Origin: Squalus acanthias
Taxonomy: Eukaryota
Assembly (NCBI GenBank): GCA_030390025.1
Contig: CM059432.1
Span: 43,030,001-43,094,000 of the forward strand
Direction: 5' to 3'
Length of the DNA stretch: 64,000 bases
Below, in pieces: positions 1 through 12,285 of this stretch. A program made the translations under genes and the position numbers. Under the pieces are notes generated by a model. It saw only the letters and a list, made by a program, of their open reading frames with translations, was not told where the DNA came from and ran no database searches. Every line of letters starts with the position of its first letter. Within the stretch, counting starts at the first letter, position 1.

Positions 1-235
1 GATGCAACCTTCCCTTTAACAACTGGAAGGAGCCAGTGTGAAGGATCATTCCTGTTTGCATTGCACCATTGTAGCGGCCTAATGAGGTCATTAGCACTTG
101 ATTTAGCGCTCCAGCTCTCTCCTGGAGCGCTAGCAGCCAATTTAAGGGAACTTCAGATTCATTAGTGCCTGGCGCTAATTTTTCAAGATTTCAAAATTTA
201 GCTCCCCAAATGGGGCGATAACGAATTTCTCCGCC
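1..235. mobile_element. Terminus (Myb-side end) of a Harbinger transposon continuing upstream of the window
   Basis: Carries TTAGTGCCTGGCGCTAA (162-178) followed 57 bp later by a GAATTTCTCCGCC end; same layout as the ends at 6339, 18518 and 25133. Confidence 0.7.
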
Positions 236-2685
236 ACTTGATTCTAAGTAAAGTCATCCATCATGGAATGGCACTAACACCAACTTCTAAATGATGCATA
301 ATCAGAGTGCAAAGATACCATTTATTTCCATTGTGTTTTGAAGATTGTTTTTATCCCCAATTTATCACTTCCAGTTTAGGGACATACAAATATTGCAGCC
401 AAACATCTTTGGAGAGAGATGAAAGCCACCTCACAAAGTCATCGGAAGTATTAAAACACCTTTTACACATAATAGCTCACCTTATAATTAAGTTTAGCAA
501 TTACAAAATAGTATAGTATTCATATATTTGGTATCAAGCTTCTGCTACAAACAGAAAATTTCAAATTTAGCAGATACCTAAAGAATGCATCCCAATCTAA
601 GAGGATCTACACAACCCAAACTCAACTTTTGCTTATAAAGTCTCTAACATTCATCTGTAGGTGAAATTCTGTGCTAAATACTGAGATTTTAGATTTGGCT
701 CCTGTTGGGTAATATACGCCCATACAGCAACTTCAGGCGAGGCGAGGTTAAACACGGAAATCCAAAAGTTGCTGTCCGAGATGCGCTGCTCCGCTGTTAG
801 CTTCGCGAAAATAGCATCTCGCTGTCTGACTCACAATTGAAATGCGTTGAATGGCGTGAAGTTGCTGTACTTGCATGGTAGATAACAAACTAAACTCGCC
901 ACAGATAGTTAAGTCTTGTCCATTTCAGTACACTTTTAATGACGTCATAAGTGTTAATCACTGCCAGTCATCCTCAGGGAGGATTGATGAAGGGAATGCA
1001 ATGGATGTTGTCTACATGGATTTTCGGAAGGCGTTTGACAAAGTACCACATAGAAGGCTGGTTAACATAATTGAGGCTCATGGAATAGGTGGGTCAGTGG
1101 CAGCTTGGATAAGGAATTGGCTTAAGGATAGAAAACAGCGAGTTGTGGTAAATGGCTGTTTTTCAGACTGGAGGATGGTAGACAGTGGTGTTCCCCAAGA
1201 GTCAGTGCTGGGGCCAGTGCTTTTTGTGATATATATAAATGACCTGGATATTGGAATACAGAGTAGAATTTCTAAATTTGCCAATGACACCAAACTTAGG
1301 GGTGTGGCAAACAGTGAGGATGATACCAATCGACTGCAGCAGGACATAGAAAGTCTAGCAGAATGGGCAGACAAGTGGCAGATGGAATTTAATACAGAGA
1401 AGTGTGAGTTGATGCATTTTGGCAGAAGGAACAGGGAAATGCAATATACACTTAATGGCACAGTTTTAAAGAGTGTGCAGAGACAGAGGGACCTGGGAGT
1501 TAATGTGCACAGGTCCCTGAAGGTGGCAGAACATATTGAGAAAGTGTTTAACAAAGCAGATGGGATCTTGGGCTTCATAAATAGAGGTATTTAGTACAAA
1601 AGTAGAGAAGTTATGCTGAACCTTTATAAAGCGCTGGTTAGGCCACAACTGGAGTATTGCATCCAGTTCTGGTCACCACACTTTGGGAGAGGGTGCAGAG
1701 GAGATTGACCAAACTGGTTCCGGGGATGGGTGATCTTAGCTACAAGGACAGGTTGGAGAAGCTGGATTTGTTTTCATTAGAGCAAAGGAGGTTGAGGGGT
1801 GATTTGATAGAGGTGTACAAGATTATGACGGGTTTGGATAGGCTAGATAGGGAAAGGCTGTTCCCACCAGTTGATGGTACAAGGACTAGGGGACACAGAT
1901 TTAAGGTTTTGAGCAAAAGATACAGGGGGGACGTGAGGAATAACTTTTTTACGCAGTGAGTGGTGAGGACCTGGAACTCGCTGCCGATGGAAGTGGTGGA
2001 AGCGGAGATACTCAATGTTTTCAAGGGGAGACTGGATAGGCACTTGAGGGAAATAAACTTGCAGGGCTACGGGGATAGAGTGGGGGAATGGGACTGACTG
2101 GATTGCTCTACAGAGAGCCGGCACGGACTCGATGGGCCGAATGGCCTCCTTCTGTGCCATTATGACTCTATGGGGTAAAAATTCAGTTAGTTGCGCCTCC
2201 CGTTAGCGCCTTAAGAGGGTGCTAATGGGGCGCAAAGCCGCTAGCGCCCGGGCGCAGCGATGTTTGTGCCGCTCGGGAACTTAACTAGACATTGTGCGGC
2301 GGCACTAAACTTTACCGCCACGACCACCTGCGCGCGCAGATTGTGACGTCATTCCATGGTGCAACGCCCTTGTGGCGCCCCGGAGCGGAAATTGAGTGGC
2401 GCCCCCTGCCTTACCGCCTGGCGCATCCAACGACCGGAAGACTGGAACGCTATCAATCGCTGTGGGGCTGGGGGGGGGGGCGCTATTTAAAGGGGGCCTC
2501 TTCCTGTCTTTTTCTGTGGTTGACATTTATGCACCACTCGTTCTGAGAGAGAGAGAGAGATTCGGAGAGAGAGAAAGAGAGACTTCTGCATTGAGTCAAC
2601 ACTTTGTGAGGTAGTTTTGCCTACTGATCCTAACTTTGCTGCTACTTTGGTTGCTGTCCTTCATTACTTTGCTTGCAAAGAGACT

Positions 2686-3846
2686 ATGGGGGCTGCACTG
2701 ATTGGGGGCGTTGTCCTGCTCTAGCTGAATCGGAGGACACAGAGACGCAGAGAGAGAGTGGCAATGATGGCCAGACGGAGGAGGGCCAACAGGCGTATGT
2801 ACAGGAGAGCTTACCCTCCCAGGGTATATCGTGAACAGCTCTCCTACATTCATATGTCTGAGGAGCTGTGTTTGCGAAGGCTGCGATTCAGCAAGGAGGT
2901 GGTCACTGAGCTCTGCCACCTGCTGCAGCCAGATCTGCAGCCTCAACTGAGGTCCAGGACGTCTCTGTCGGTGGCAGTGAAGGTCACAGTGGCTCTCAAC
3001 TTCTATGCTACTGGCTCATTTCAAGCTGCTGCTGGGGACCTCACCAATATCTCCCAGTTCGCGGTGCATTGCTGCATCCGGCAGGTCACAAATGCCCTCT
3101 TTAAAAGGAGACGAGAGTTCATCTCTTTCCCCATGACCCCAGACAAGCAGCGTGACCGCGCTCTGGGCTTTGCGAGGATAGCGGGCTTCCCCATGGTGCA
3201 GGGCGCCATTGACTGCACGCATGTGGCTTTGCGTGCTCCACATGAGAATGCCGAGGAATTCCGGAACAGAAAGGAGTTCCATTCCTTGAATGTTCAGTTG
3301 GTCTGTGACCACAGACAGCTGATACTCGCTGTCAATGCCCACTATCCTGGCAGCTGCCACGATGCTTTTATCCTGCGCCAGACTACTGTGGCAGAACTTT
3401 TCGAGGCACCGCATCAGCCAGTTGGTTGGCTTCTCGGGGACAAGGGGTATCCATTGAGCACCTGGCTGATGACACCGCTCCGTACTCCCAACACCCCTGC
3501 TGAGCTGCGGTACAACGAGAGCCATCAAGCTACCAGGAACATCATTGAGCGCACAATCGGCGTGCTGAAGCAACAGTTCCGCTGTCTCGACCATTCTGGA
3601 GGAGCCCTGCAGTACTCGCCACAGCGAGTATCCAACTTCGTAGTTGTGTGCTGCATGTTGCATAACATGGCAATCGTCAGGACCCAGCCAATGCCACCAG
3701 GCCTTGGAGCACCACCAGAGGAGGAGGAGGAAGAGGAGGAAGAGGACGAGGAGGATGATCATCAGCAGCACCAAGGCGGGAGGGCGGCCCAAAATGGTGA
3801 AACTGCAAGGGCCGTCCGTCAACGGCTGATAGCAAGCCGCTTCTAG
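2686..3846 (+). CDS. Harbinger (HARBI1-like, DDE_Tnp_4-type) transposase; in-frame TAG at codon 13 (2722-2724), open from ATG 2764
   Basis: GAIDCTHV, LLGDKGYP and IERTIGVLK give an intact D-D-E triad; acidic C-terminal tail. The upstream ATG at 2686 (MGAA...) matches paralog starts MGAV at 21992 and 60653. Confidence 0.93.
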
Positions 3847-4158
3847 GGCCCCTGCTGTGGAAATGGCTTCTGCCATTGCTAACAACATCAATGAACCCAG
3901 CACGCAACCCCTAAGCCGGCCAAGGCACCAATAATTCCAAACACCAAACATGTATATTTTGAATACAAAAACTTATTTATTTTACAAACTCTGTGTGTGT
4001 CATTTCCTCATGACAAACTCATAGAAATAAACACAAAAAAACAGTCATTAACATAACTGGTTCTCACAACCTGGAGATAATGTCCAAAACACTAAACAAA
4101 AGTTGGACCACGAACCTCGGCCTTTAATAAAAAAATGACCAGCATTTTGTCACACCTC

Positions 4159-5978
4159 CTACTTTTTGCCCTTCGAGGGTGATCTCCTTCCCTTGCGCAC
4201 TTCCCCCCTTCTAACCCTACTGCTCCTCCGTAATGGGACCTCAGTGGCTGCAGCAAGGCTGGTGGAAGGCTGCTGATCGTCAGACCCTGACACTGCAGAT
4301 GCCCCTGAAGGACGGCCTCGACCAGTTCTGGGCCTGGAGGGCCCGGCTGCAGACTGCACCAACTCTGCATGGGCGGCAGCAGTCTGTCCTACAGGCGGTG
4401 GCAAGTGCAGTGGAGAAGTGACAGTGTTGGCAGCAGGAATGCTGTCATCGTGAGAGAGGACAGCAACTCCCTGCTCGCCCGACACACTGGCACTCCCACG
4501 GGGCAGCACTTCAGCATCCGGAGCAATCTGCTGGAGCACAGATTGCTGGCCTGCTGCGGCGCGGTGAGAGCCCCGGGGACATGTGAACGAACCATCGAGG
4601 TTGGCAGCAGTCAGTGCTCGCGTGGTCTCAATCTGAGTCTGCATGAGAGCAGTCAGAGATGGGATCACGGCAGTCAGTGACTGAATTGCAGCACTAAGCG
4701 TTAGTGTGGCATCCGCCTGTGCTACAGCGAAGTGCTCCACACTCCTTGCCAGTGACTCAATGCATTCGGGCACCCTTCCCACTGCACCCATGAGCTCAGT
4801 GTGCATGCCCACCGCCTAGGTGTTCATTTCTGCGATCAGCCGCTCCTCCTCTGCGTCCATTGCAGTAGGAGTCTCTGGCATACTCTCCCTCTGGGGAGAA
4901 GGCCCCCGTTCTTCCCTACCCCCATGGCGTTGCTGCAGCCCACTGGGTCCTGGAGCTTCACCCTCATCAGACCCTTCCCCCCTGCTCCCCTCCAGGGAAG
5001 GCGTGTTCCCAGTGTGGGCATGGGCTTCCTCGGGAGAGGGTGGCACTGATGCTCCGGCTTCCTCTTCCTCCTCGGCTGCATCTTCACTCCCAGTGGCAGC
5101 TTCAGGGCCCGTCTCCTCAGCTGGTGAATCACCATCTGAAAGCAGGGAGGTACAAGAGTGGCTTTAGCGTGAGGACAGGGTGGCAGTAAGGGAGGAATAA
5201 GTGCAGCGAGTTAGCAAGTTGGATTGAAAGTGTCAAAGGCTGGTGTTGTGAGGGACAAGTGGAAGGACAGAGGACAAAAAGGTGATGACCTTACCATTGC
5301 TGTCCAGAACGGGGTCGGCGTCTCCAGTGGCGATGGGACCGATCACCCGGCTTGCCACAATCCTGTGGAGGCGCTCCTCAAGATCGCTGAGGGGTTGCAG
5401 CTGAGGCCGCCCTCCACCTGTCCGTTGCTGCTGTCTCCGATTATGCGCCAGCTTGGCCTGCAAGAAAAAGGACAGCATCTGAGTAAATATACAGCCATGG
5501 TCTTGCCTGATGTGCCTCCCATAGGTGAATAGCCCTTACTGTATACAGCCATGGTCTTGCCTGATGTGCCTCCCATAGGTGAATAGCCCTTACTGTATGC
5601 AAAGTGTGGAATGTGTGTGTGTATTTCATGAAAGGGCCATAGGTGTTGGATGAGTGTTGTGCATTGGGGTTTTAAGACCCTCTGGCCATAGAGTGAGGTT
5701 GAGATGGAGGGATGGAGAGGTATTGAGAAAAAGCCACTCACCCTGACGACCCGAGTGAGGTCGTTGGACTTTTTGCGGCATTGAACATGGGTCCTGGGCA
5801 CCATGCTCCTGGAGGAGACGCTCTGAGCCACCTCCCTCCACACTCTTCTGTACTCGCGTGGCAAAGGCCTCCTGCCACTCTCAGGGAAGAGTATACATCT
5901 TCTGCGCTCCACCGCGCCAACCAGAGCATCCAAGGACCGCTCGGTGAAGCGATGAGCTTGTTCTCTCACCCTCTCCAT
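4159..5978 (-). CDS. Three-exon Myb/SANT-like (NAIF1/MSANTD-like) Harbinger ORF2; exons 5978-5742, 5457-5295, 5135-4159; 458 codons with one in-frame TAG (4818-4816)
   Basis: Exon 1 RFTERSLDALV...VWREVA...QCRKKSNDLTRVVR then GTGAGT. Exon 2 follows TTGCAG, reads AKLAHNRRQQQRTGGG... and ends at GTAAGG. Exon 3 follows TTTCAG and stays in frame through ORFs 4816..5046 and 4159..4812, ending in a basic NLS-like tail. Confidence 0.88.
5488..5598. repeat. Perfect 54-bp tandem duplication in intron 1 of the Myb-like gene
   Basis: TATACAGCCATGG...CCCTTACTG at 5488-5541 and 5542-5595, followed by TAT. Confidence 0.95.
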
Positions 5979-6516
5979 CCTTGGCAGCAAAATGGATTCA
6001 CAGGTCTCTCCAGGCCGAGATTCAAGGCTGCAATGAGCAGGGTGTGGCTGGGGAGCAAGTTGGCCCCCCCCCCACTTTAAGAACTGGCCGGCGCCAGTGT
6101 GTCTGTGTTCCCTCGCTAACTGGCAGCAGCTGCGCTGCGCTCGCGCGCTGAGTTAGCGCCTCACTGCTCGGCCTTTGCGCCTTAAGACAGGTGTGCAGCA
6201 CCTGATTTAGCGCTCCACTCACCTCCCGGGGCGGTAAAAGTGAAGTTTCCAGTCAGTGGCGATAATTAGCGCCAGGCGCTAATATTTGCGTCCAGAAGAT
6301 ATTTGCGCCCCAAACGGGGCGCGACCTAATTTTTCCCCCTATGACTCTATGATTCTCTGGCACTGAAAATTAATTATTACAAGTGTGGAGTCTCATTCCT
6401 TCAGGTTTTAGTTGTTATTGGAAATTGTAAAAATGCAAAATTTTAATTTTTTGTAACTGTTCCTTTCTGTCTCTTTTTTCTCTTTCTCTTAATCCGATCT
6501 TTCTTTCCTTCTCTTT

Positions 6517-7129
6517 GGGCTGAATTTTAATCCCCAAAAATGGGTGGGTTTGGGTCGGGTGAGATGTTAAAACTTTAAAAATCTCAATCCTGACCCTAAC
6601 CCGCCGACTTCTGGGTTTAACAGAGACGGGACAAGGGGTGGGCAGCCAACCAGCTCCCAGAAGGCGGATTGGCCTCTGATTTAACCTGCCGAGCAGGTTT
6701 AACCCTGGCCAGCCGGGTTTCCCAGGCCTCAGGAAACCTGATAGCTGAAGGAAGGCGCGGACAGGTTCAGGGAGAAGGTAAAAGCTTCCCCCTGGCCCGC
6801 CAAGCTCCCGCCTCCATCAGATCCCCTCCCCCCCCAATAATACAACTTCCACCGCCCCCAGATCGGACCCCCTCACGTTCCCACTAGCAGGAGCAGGTGA
6901 CTTATCTGCGGTTGCCCGCCCAACTGGAAACCAAGCCTGTCAATCAGGCTGACTTCTGGGCAGGGAACCTGTCAAAGCAAAACTATGCATGCTGTGCAGT
7001 CAAAAGTCCACAGCATGCAGGGAAACCAGAACTTACGGATTTTCAGACAGAAACTCCGCACCATCCCACCCCCCCCCACCCCCCACAGCCTAAACAGCCC
7101 GCCCCATCAAGATTCATAAGATTCATCCC
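6517..7129. mobile_element. Harbinger-type MITE
   Basis: Ends GGGCTGAATTTT and (rc) GGGATGAATCTT, TTT flanks. The left ~100 bp is similar to the MITE at 46567. Confidence 0.7.
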
Positions 7130-7263
7130 TTTATTTCTCTTCCTGCACCTGTTTTGCCCTTGAATTCACCCATTTTAACTTACACTTCCTTCTCTGTCCT
7201 TGCGCTGGTAATTTCTCAATCATTCAATCTCATTGGTTAAGGAGATACCCTGTCGGTGACCCT

Positions 7264-10200
7264 GAGAGAGATTGAGGAGTTGGGGTCCAAATTAAAACGC
7301 AGAACCTCAATGGTAATATTCTCTGGATTGTCACCTGAGCCACACGCCAATTGGCATAGGGATAATCAGATTAGAAGGTTAAATGCATGGCTCAAAGAGT
7401 GATGTGGGAGGCAGGGGTTTTGCTTCATGGGGCACTGGCATCAGTACTGGGGAAAGAAGGAGCTGTTCCGTTGGGACGGGCTCCACTTCAACTGGGCTGG
7501 AACCAGTGTCCTGGCGAATTGAATAACTAGGGCAGTAGACAGGGCTTTAAACTAATGAAGGGGGGGTGGAGGATTCAGGAAGGAGTAAATTTAAAAGCAG
7601 CAAGAGAAATGTCAAGACTCTAGAGCAGAGCAGAGTTTTGGGTAAAAATAAGCAGAGTGATTCAGGAAGGGACAGAGAGAGTAACAAAGGTAATAGGGCA
7701 TCAGGGACTAAGGTGACATCAGGGAAAAATAGAAAAAAGTCAAAGCTAAAGGCACATATCTGAATGCGCGAAGCATTCACAACAAAATAGATGCATTAAT
7801 AGCTCAGATAGAAATTAATAGGTTTGATCTAATAGCCATTATGGAGACGTGGTTGCAAAGTGACCAAGGTTGGGATCTAAATATTCCAGGATACTTAACT
7901 TTTAGAAGAGATAGGCAAAATGGAAAACGTGGAGGAGTAGCCCTGATAATAAAGGATGGGATAAAGACAGTAGAGAGAAAGGATCTTAGTTCCGAAAATC
8001 AAGAAGTAGAATCAGTTTGGGTGGAGCTAAGAAACAGCAAGGGGCAGAAAACATTGGTGGGAGTTGTTTATAGGCCCCCAAACAATAGTTGTAATGTAGG
8101 GCAGAGTATTAATCAGGAAAGTAGAGGCGCATATAACAAGGGTAATACAGTAATCATGGGGGACTTTAATCTACATATAGACTGGGCAAACCAAATTTGC
8201 AGTAATAGTGTGGAGGATGAATTCATGGAATGTATACAAGATAGATTTCTAGATCAGTATGTTGAGGAACTAACTAGGGAACAGGCTATTTTAGATTTAG
8301 AATTGTGCAATGAGAAAGGGTTAATTAATAACCTTGCAGTAAAGTGGCCTTTAGGGAAGAGTGAGCATAATATGACAGAATTTTATATTAAGTTCGAAAG
8401 TGATTCAGTTAAATTCGAAAACTAGGGTCTTAAATCTAAACAAAGCAAACTTTGTAGGTATGAGGGGTGAGTTGGCTAAGTTAAAGATAGTATTAGATCA
8501 AAGGAAGAGGCTTTTAAAGTTGACAAAAAGAGTAGTAAGCCTGAGGATTGGGAGAATATTAGAATTCAGCAAAGGAGGACCAAGAAATTGATAAAGAAAG
8601 GGAAAATAGAATATGAAAGTAAACTAGCGAGAGACATAAAAACAGATTTTAAAAGCTTCTATAGGTATGTAAAAAGGAAAAGATTAGCGAAAATAAAAGT
8701 GGATCCCTTACAGGCTGAAATAGGAGAAATTATAATGGGGAATAATGAAATGGCAGAGAAATTAAGCAAATAACCTGGGCTGGATTTTGCTGGTGCTCAG
8801 AGGTTGGGTTTGGAGTCGGTTTGCTGTAAAATAGCAAAGATTGACAGCGGGTAGCAAACCACTGTCAACCCGCCTCCACGTGAGTCTCCCAGGTGTTGGG
8901 TCTGTCAGCGGACAACTGACCCGATACCAAGCGGCAGGGGAGACAATTGAGCTCATTAAATGGCTTGTTAAGAGCTAATTTAATGGTATTTTGAGGCTTC
9001 CTTCCAATTTTACGTGCTCCCTCACGGGTTACCCGCTGCTCGGGGAACACGCCAGCTCAGCCTGGCATGAGTTGAGTATGCTCTGATGTATCTGATAAGC
9101 TGACAGCTGCAGAAATGGTGTAAAGGATGCCATGTTGCAGATGGTCAGTTTCAGAGCACAGAAACTGTTGGTTACTGCATTTGTAAGATATATAGAGATT
9201 TTTTTAGCTTGCAAGTGTTTAGAGTCAACTGTATGTTCAGTGCCACCTCATTGGGACAACCTCTCTCACCATTGACAGATCGCTTCTGTCATCTCACCTG
9301 CAGCTAACATCTATTGCAGCAACATCGATGCCCTAGAAACTATCTCACCTTACTCCTCTGATTCCTTCCACACTCAGCCCCAACACCAGCATCACCAGGC
9401 ACACCAGCAGCACCAACAACAATACCAACCTTCTCCCCCATCACCTGATGCTGCACAGGACAAAAGGCATCAGCCCCTGACAACATTGCTGCCCGGGAGG
9501 CCAGCGATGGCATCACCATGGCCAAATTTACTTCACTTGACGCTGTAAACCGTGGCTGCCACATGATGCGCCAGGTTGACACCATCCCACACCCGCACCA
9601 TAAAGCATCCCTTTAATGTCCAAGCCATTCCATGCACACACATCGCTATAGCGGGGGGTGGGGGCGGGGGTGGCGGCGGGGGGAGAGGGGGAAGTTATGT
9701 CTCAACATTCACTGGAACTCAGTCAGACACTTCTCAAGGTGCGCACAGATATGTCCAATAAGGGGCAGTGTTGAAAATATAGATTTCACTGTATGACATT
9801 ACCAGAAAATTCACATGGACATTGTCTAAGCCTCTCAAGTGCCTACCCTTGTGTGTTGTTAGTTGGTATGATTGCACTAGAATGAGGGTGAGTGTGAGGG
9901 GTGGCTAGAGAGATGGGGAAGTGATAATTTAGATAGAGAGGGATGGGTTGAGGTGTGAGTAAGGATGTGCAGGAGAAGGGTATGGAAGGCAGAATGATTG
10001 GGATGTGTTGAGTGGCACAGCAGGGTGAGTTTGAGTGTGGCTTTGCAGTAACGTTTTGTGATTCACTGAGATCATTGAAAGGTTGGCGCCACTGCAGCCA
10101 GGGACCCCTGACGACATCCCTGCTTTTGCCCTCCTGTGCAATGTGCAACCAGGCTGCATTGGTGTCCTGGGGAGGTCTCTTCCGCCCTTGGAAGGGAAGA

Positions 10201-12285
10201 GAACCTCCCTGCGTGCTGTGACTCTCTCCATAAGCATATGGAGGGAGTCATTGGAGAGCCTGGGTGCAACCGTCCAAATTTGTGCAGTGCTTGTCAGTGT
10301 TTGCAGCACCTCAATGCTGTCAAACACTGACAGAACAACTGTCAAACTCAATGTGGCTGTGGTCCCTTTAAGGAAACCGGCTGATGACGCGTCATCAAAT
10401 GACATCATCAGACCCGCTTCCTGTTAATTGGCCAGGAAGCCTGCAGGGCGGGCTTAACAAGGCCAATTGAAGGAAAATCCCTTTGACAGAGCGGCTGCAG
10501 CCGGGATCGGGACTGGAACCCGCAACCAGCTATCCCGTCACCATCCCGACACCGCTGAGATAATCCAGCCCTTTGTGTCTGTCTTCACGGAAGAAGACGC
10601 AAAAAATCTCCCGGAAATAGTGGAGAACCAAGGGTCTAGCAAGAATGAGGAACTGAAAGAAATTAGTATTAGTTAAAAAAAAGTACTGGAGAAATTAATG
10701 GGACTGAAAGCCAATAAATCCCCTGGACCTGATGGCCTACATCCTAGGGTTTTGAAAGAGGTGGCTATAGAGATAGTGGATGCATTGGTTGTCATTTTCC
10801 AAAGTTCCATAGATTCTAGAATGGTTCCCGCGGATTGGAAGGTAACAAATGTAACCCTACTATTTAAGAAAGGAGGGAGAGAGAAAACAGGGAACTACAG
10901 ACCAGTTAGCCTGACATCAGTAGCAGGAAAAATGCTAGAATCTATTATTAAGGACGTGGTAACAGGGCACTTCGGAAATATTAATAGGTTTGGGCAGAGT
11001 CAAATCGGATTTATGAAAGGGAAATCATGTTTGACAGAAGCTGTGAGAGTTTTTTGAGGTTATAACTAGCAGAATAGATACCAGTAGATGTGGTGTATTT
11101 GGATTTTCAGAAGGCATTCGACAAGGTGCCACACAAGAGGTCATTAAACAAAATTAGGGCTCATGGAATTGGGGGTAATATACTAGCATGGATTGAGGAT
11201 TGGTTGATGGACAGAAAACAGAGAGTGGGAATAAGTGTGTAATTTTCGGGTTGGCAGGCTGTAACTAGTGGGGTACCGCAAGGATCAGTGCTTGGGCCTC
11301 AGCTATTCACAATCTATATCAATGATTTGGATGAGGGGACCAAATGTAATATATCCAAGTTTGCTGATCATACAAAGCTAGATGGGAATGTAAATTGTGA
11401 GGAGGATGCAAAGAGGCTTCAAGGGGATATAGACAGGCTACGTGAGTGGGCAAGAACATTGCAAATGGAATATAATGTGGAGAAATGTGAAGTTATCCGC
11501 TTTGGTAGGAAAAATAGAAAAGCAGAGTATTTTTTAAATGGTGAGAGATTGGGAAATGTTGGTGTTTAGAGGGATCTGGGTGTCCTTGTACACGAATCAC
11601 TGAAAGTTAACATGCAGGTACAGCAAGCAATTAGGAAATCAAATGGTATGTTGGCATTTATTACAAGAGGATTTGAGTATAAGAGTAAAGACATCTTACT
11701 GCAATTATATAGGGCCCTGGTGAGTCCACACCTGGATTATTGTGTACAGTTTTGGTCTCCTTACCTAAGGAAGGACATACTTGCCATAGAGGGAGTGGAA
11801 CGAAGGTTCACCAGACTGGTTCCTGGGATGGGGGGATTGTCCTATGAGGAGAGATTGAGTAGACTAGGCCTATATTCTCTAGAGTTTAGAAGAATGAGAG
11901 GTGATCTCATTGAAACATACAAAATTCTTACAGGGCTTGACTAGGTAGATGCAGGCAGGATGTTCCCCCTGGCTGGGGAGTCTAGAACCAGGGGTCACAG
12001 TCTCAGAATAAGGGGTCAGCCATTTAGAACTGAGATGAGTAGAAAGTTCTTCACTCAGAGGGTGGTGAATCTTTGGAATTTTCTACCCCAGAGGGCTGTG
12101 GAGACTCAGTTGTTGAGGATATTCAAGACAGAGATCGATAGATTTTTGGATAGTAAGGGAATCAAGGGATTTGGGGATCGGGCAGGACGGTGGAGTTGAG
12201 GTCGAAGATCAGCCATGATCTCATTGAATAGCGGAGCAAGCTCGAGGGGCCGAATGGCCTACACCTGCTCCTATTTCTTATGTTC
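7264..12285 (+). mobile_element. Long degenerate CR1 LINE (ORF1 esterase C-terminus, APE, RT, 3' tail), interrupted by a Harbinger at 8777-10571
   Basis: ORF1 remnant LFRWDGLHFNWAGTSVLA; APE ETWL...GVVYRPP...MGDFN (7841..8425); RT SPGPDG, NYRPVSLTS, LGPQLFTIYIND; TTCTTATG tail; many stops and frameshifts. Confidence 0.93.
8777..10571 (+). mobile_element. Internally deleted Harbinger inserted in CR1
   Basis: TIRs GGGCTGGATT at both ends. Gln/His-rich transposase 5' remnant (~9330-9520) similar to 60540-60620. Minus-strand Myb exon 1 remnant APRLSNDSLHMLME...AWLHIAQE...PFNDL (~10030-10270). TSD unclear. Confidence 0.82.

Larger units (their letters stand above)
2172..6339 (+). mobile_element. 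Near-intact PIF/Harbinger DNA transposon (4168 bp)
   Basis: TIRs GGGGTAAAAATT and (reverse complement) GGGGGAAAAATT; TSD TAT at 2169-2171 and 6340-6342; convergent transposase and Myb-like genes. Confidence 0.95.
976..6355 (+). mobile_element. 5'-truncated CR1 LINE (RT region plus 3' UTR); its microsatellite tail is split by a Harbinger at 2172-6339
   Basis: ORF 875..1594 has DVVYMDFRKAFDKVPH, GVPQESVLGP and FAND (degenerate FADD). The RT C-terminus follows at 1657-1959. The TATGACTC/TATGATTC tail lies on both sides of the Harbinger. Confidence 0.92.

Noticed and set aside
2686..3846. Domesticated host gene HARBI1 (and NAIF1 for the Myb gene)
   Set aside because: Bounded by TIRs and a TSD, inserted in a CR1 tail, with several decayed paralogs in the window; this is a transposon copy.
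3016..3951. 311-aa antisense ORF
   Set aside because: Shadow of the transposase; its Leu-rich stretch is the complement of the poly-E codons.
2722..4818. Programmed TAG readthrough in both Harbinger genes
   Set aside because: Paralogous copies show no stop in the corresponding regions; single substitutions are the simpler explanation.
5488..5598. CRISPR-like array
   Set aside because: Two adjacent identical units with no spacers, in a eukaryotic intron.
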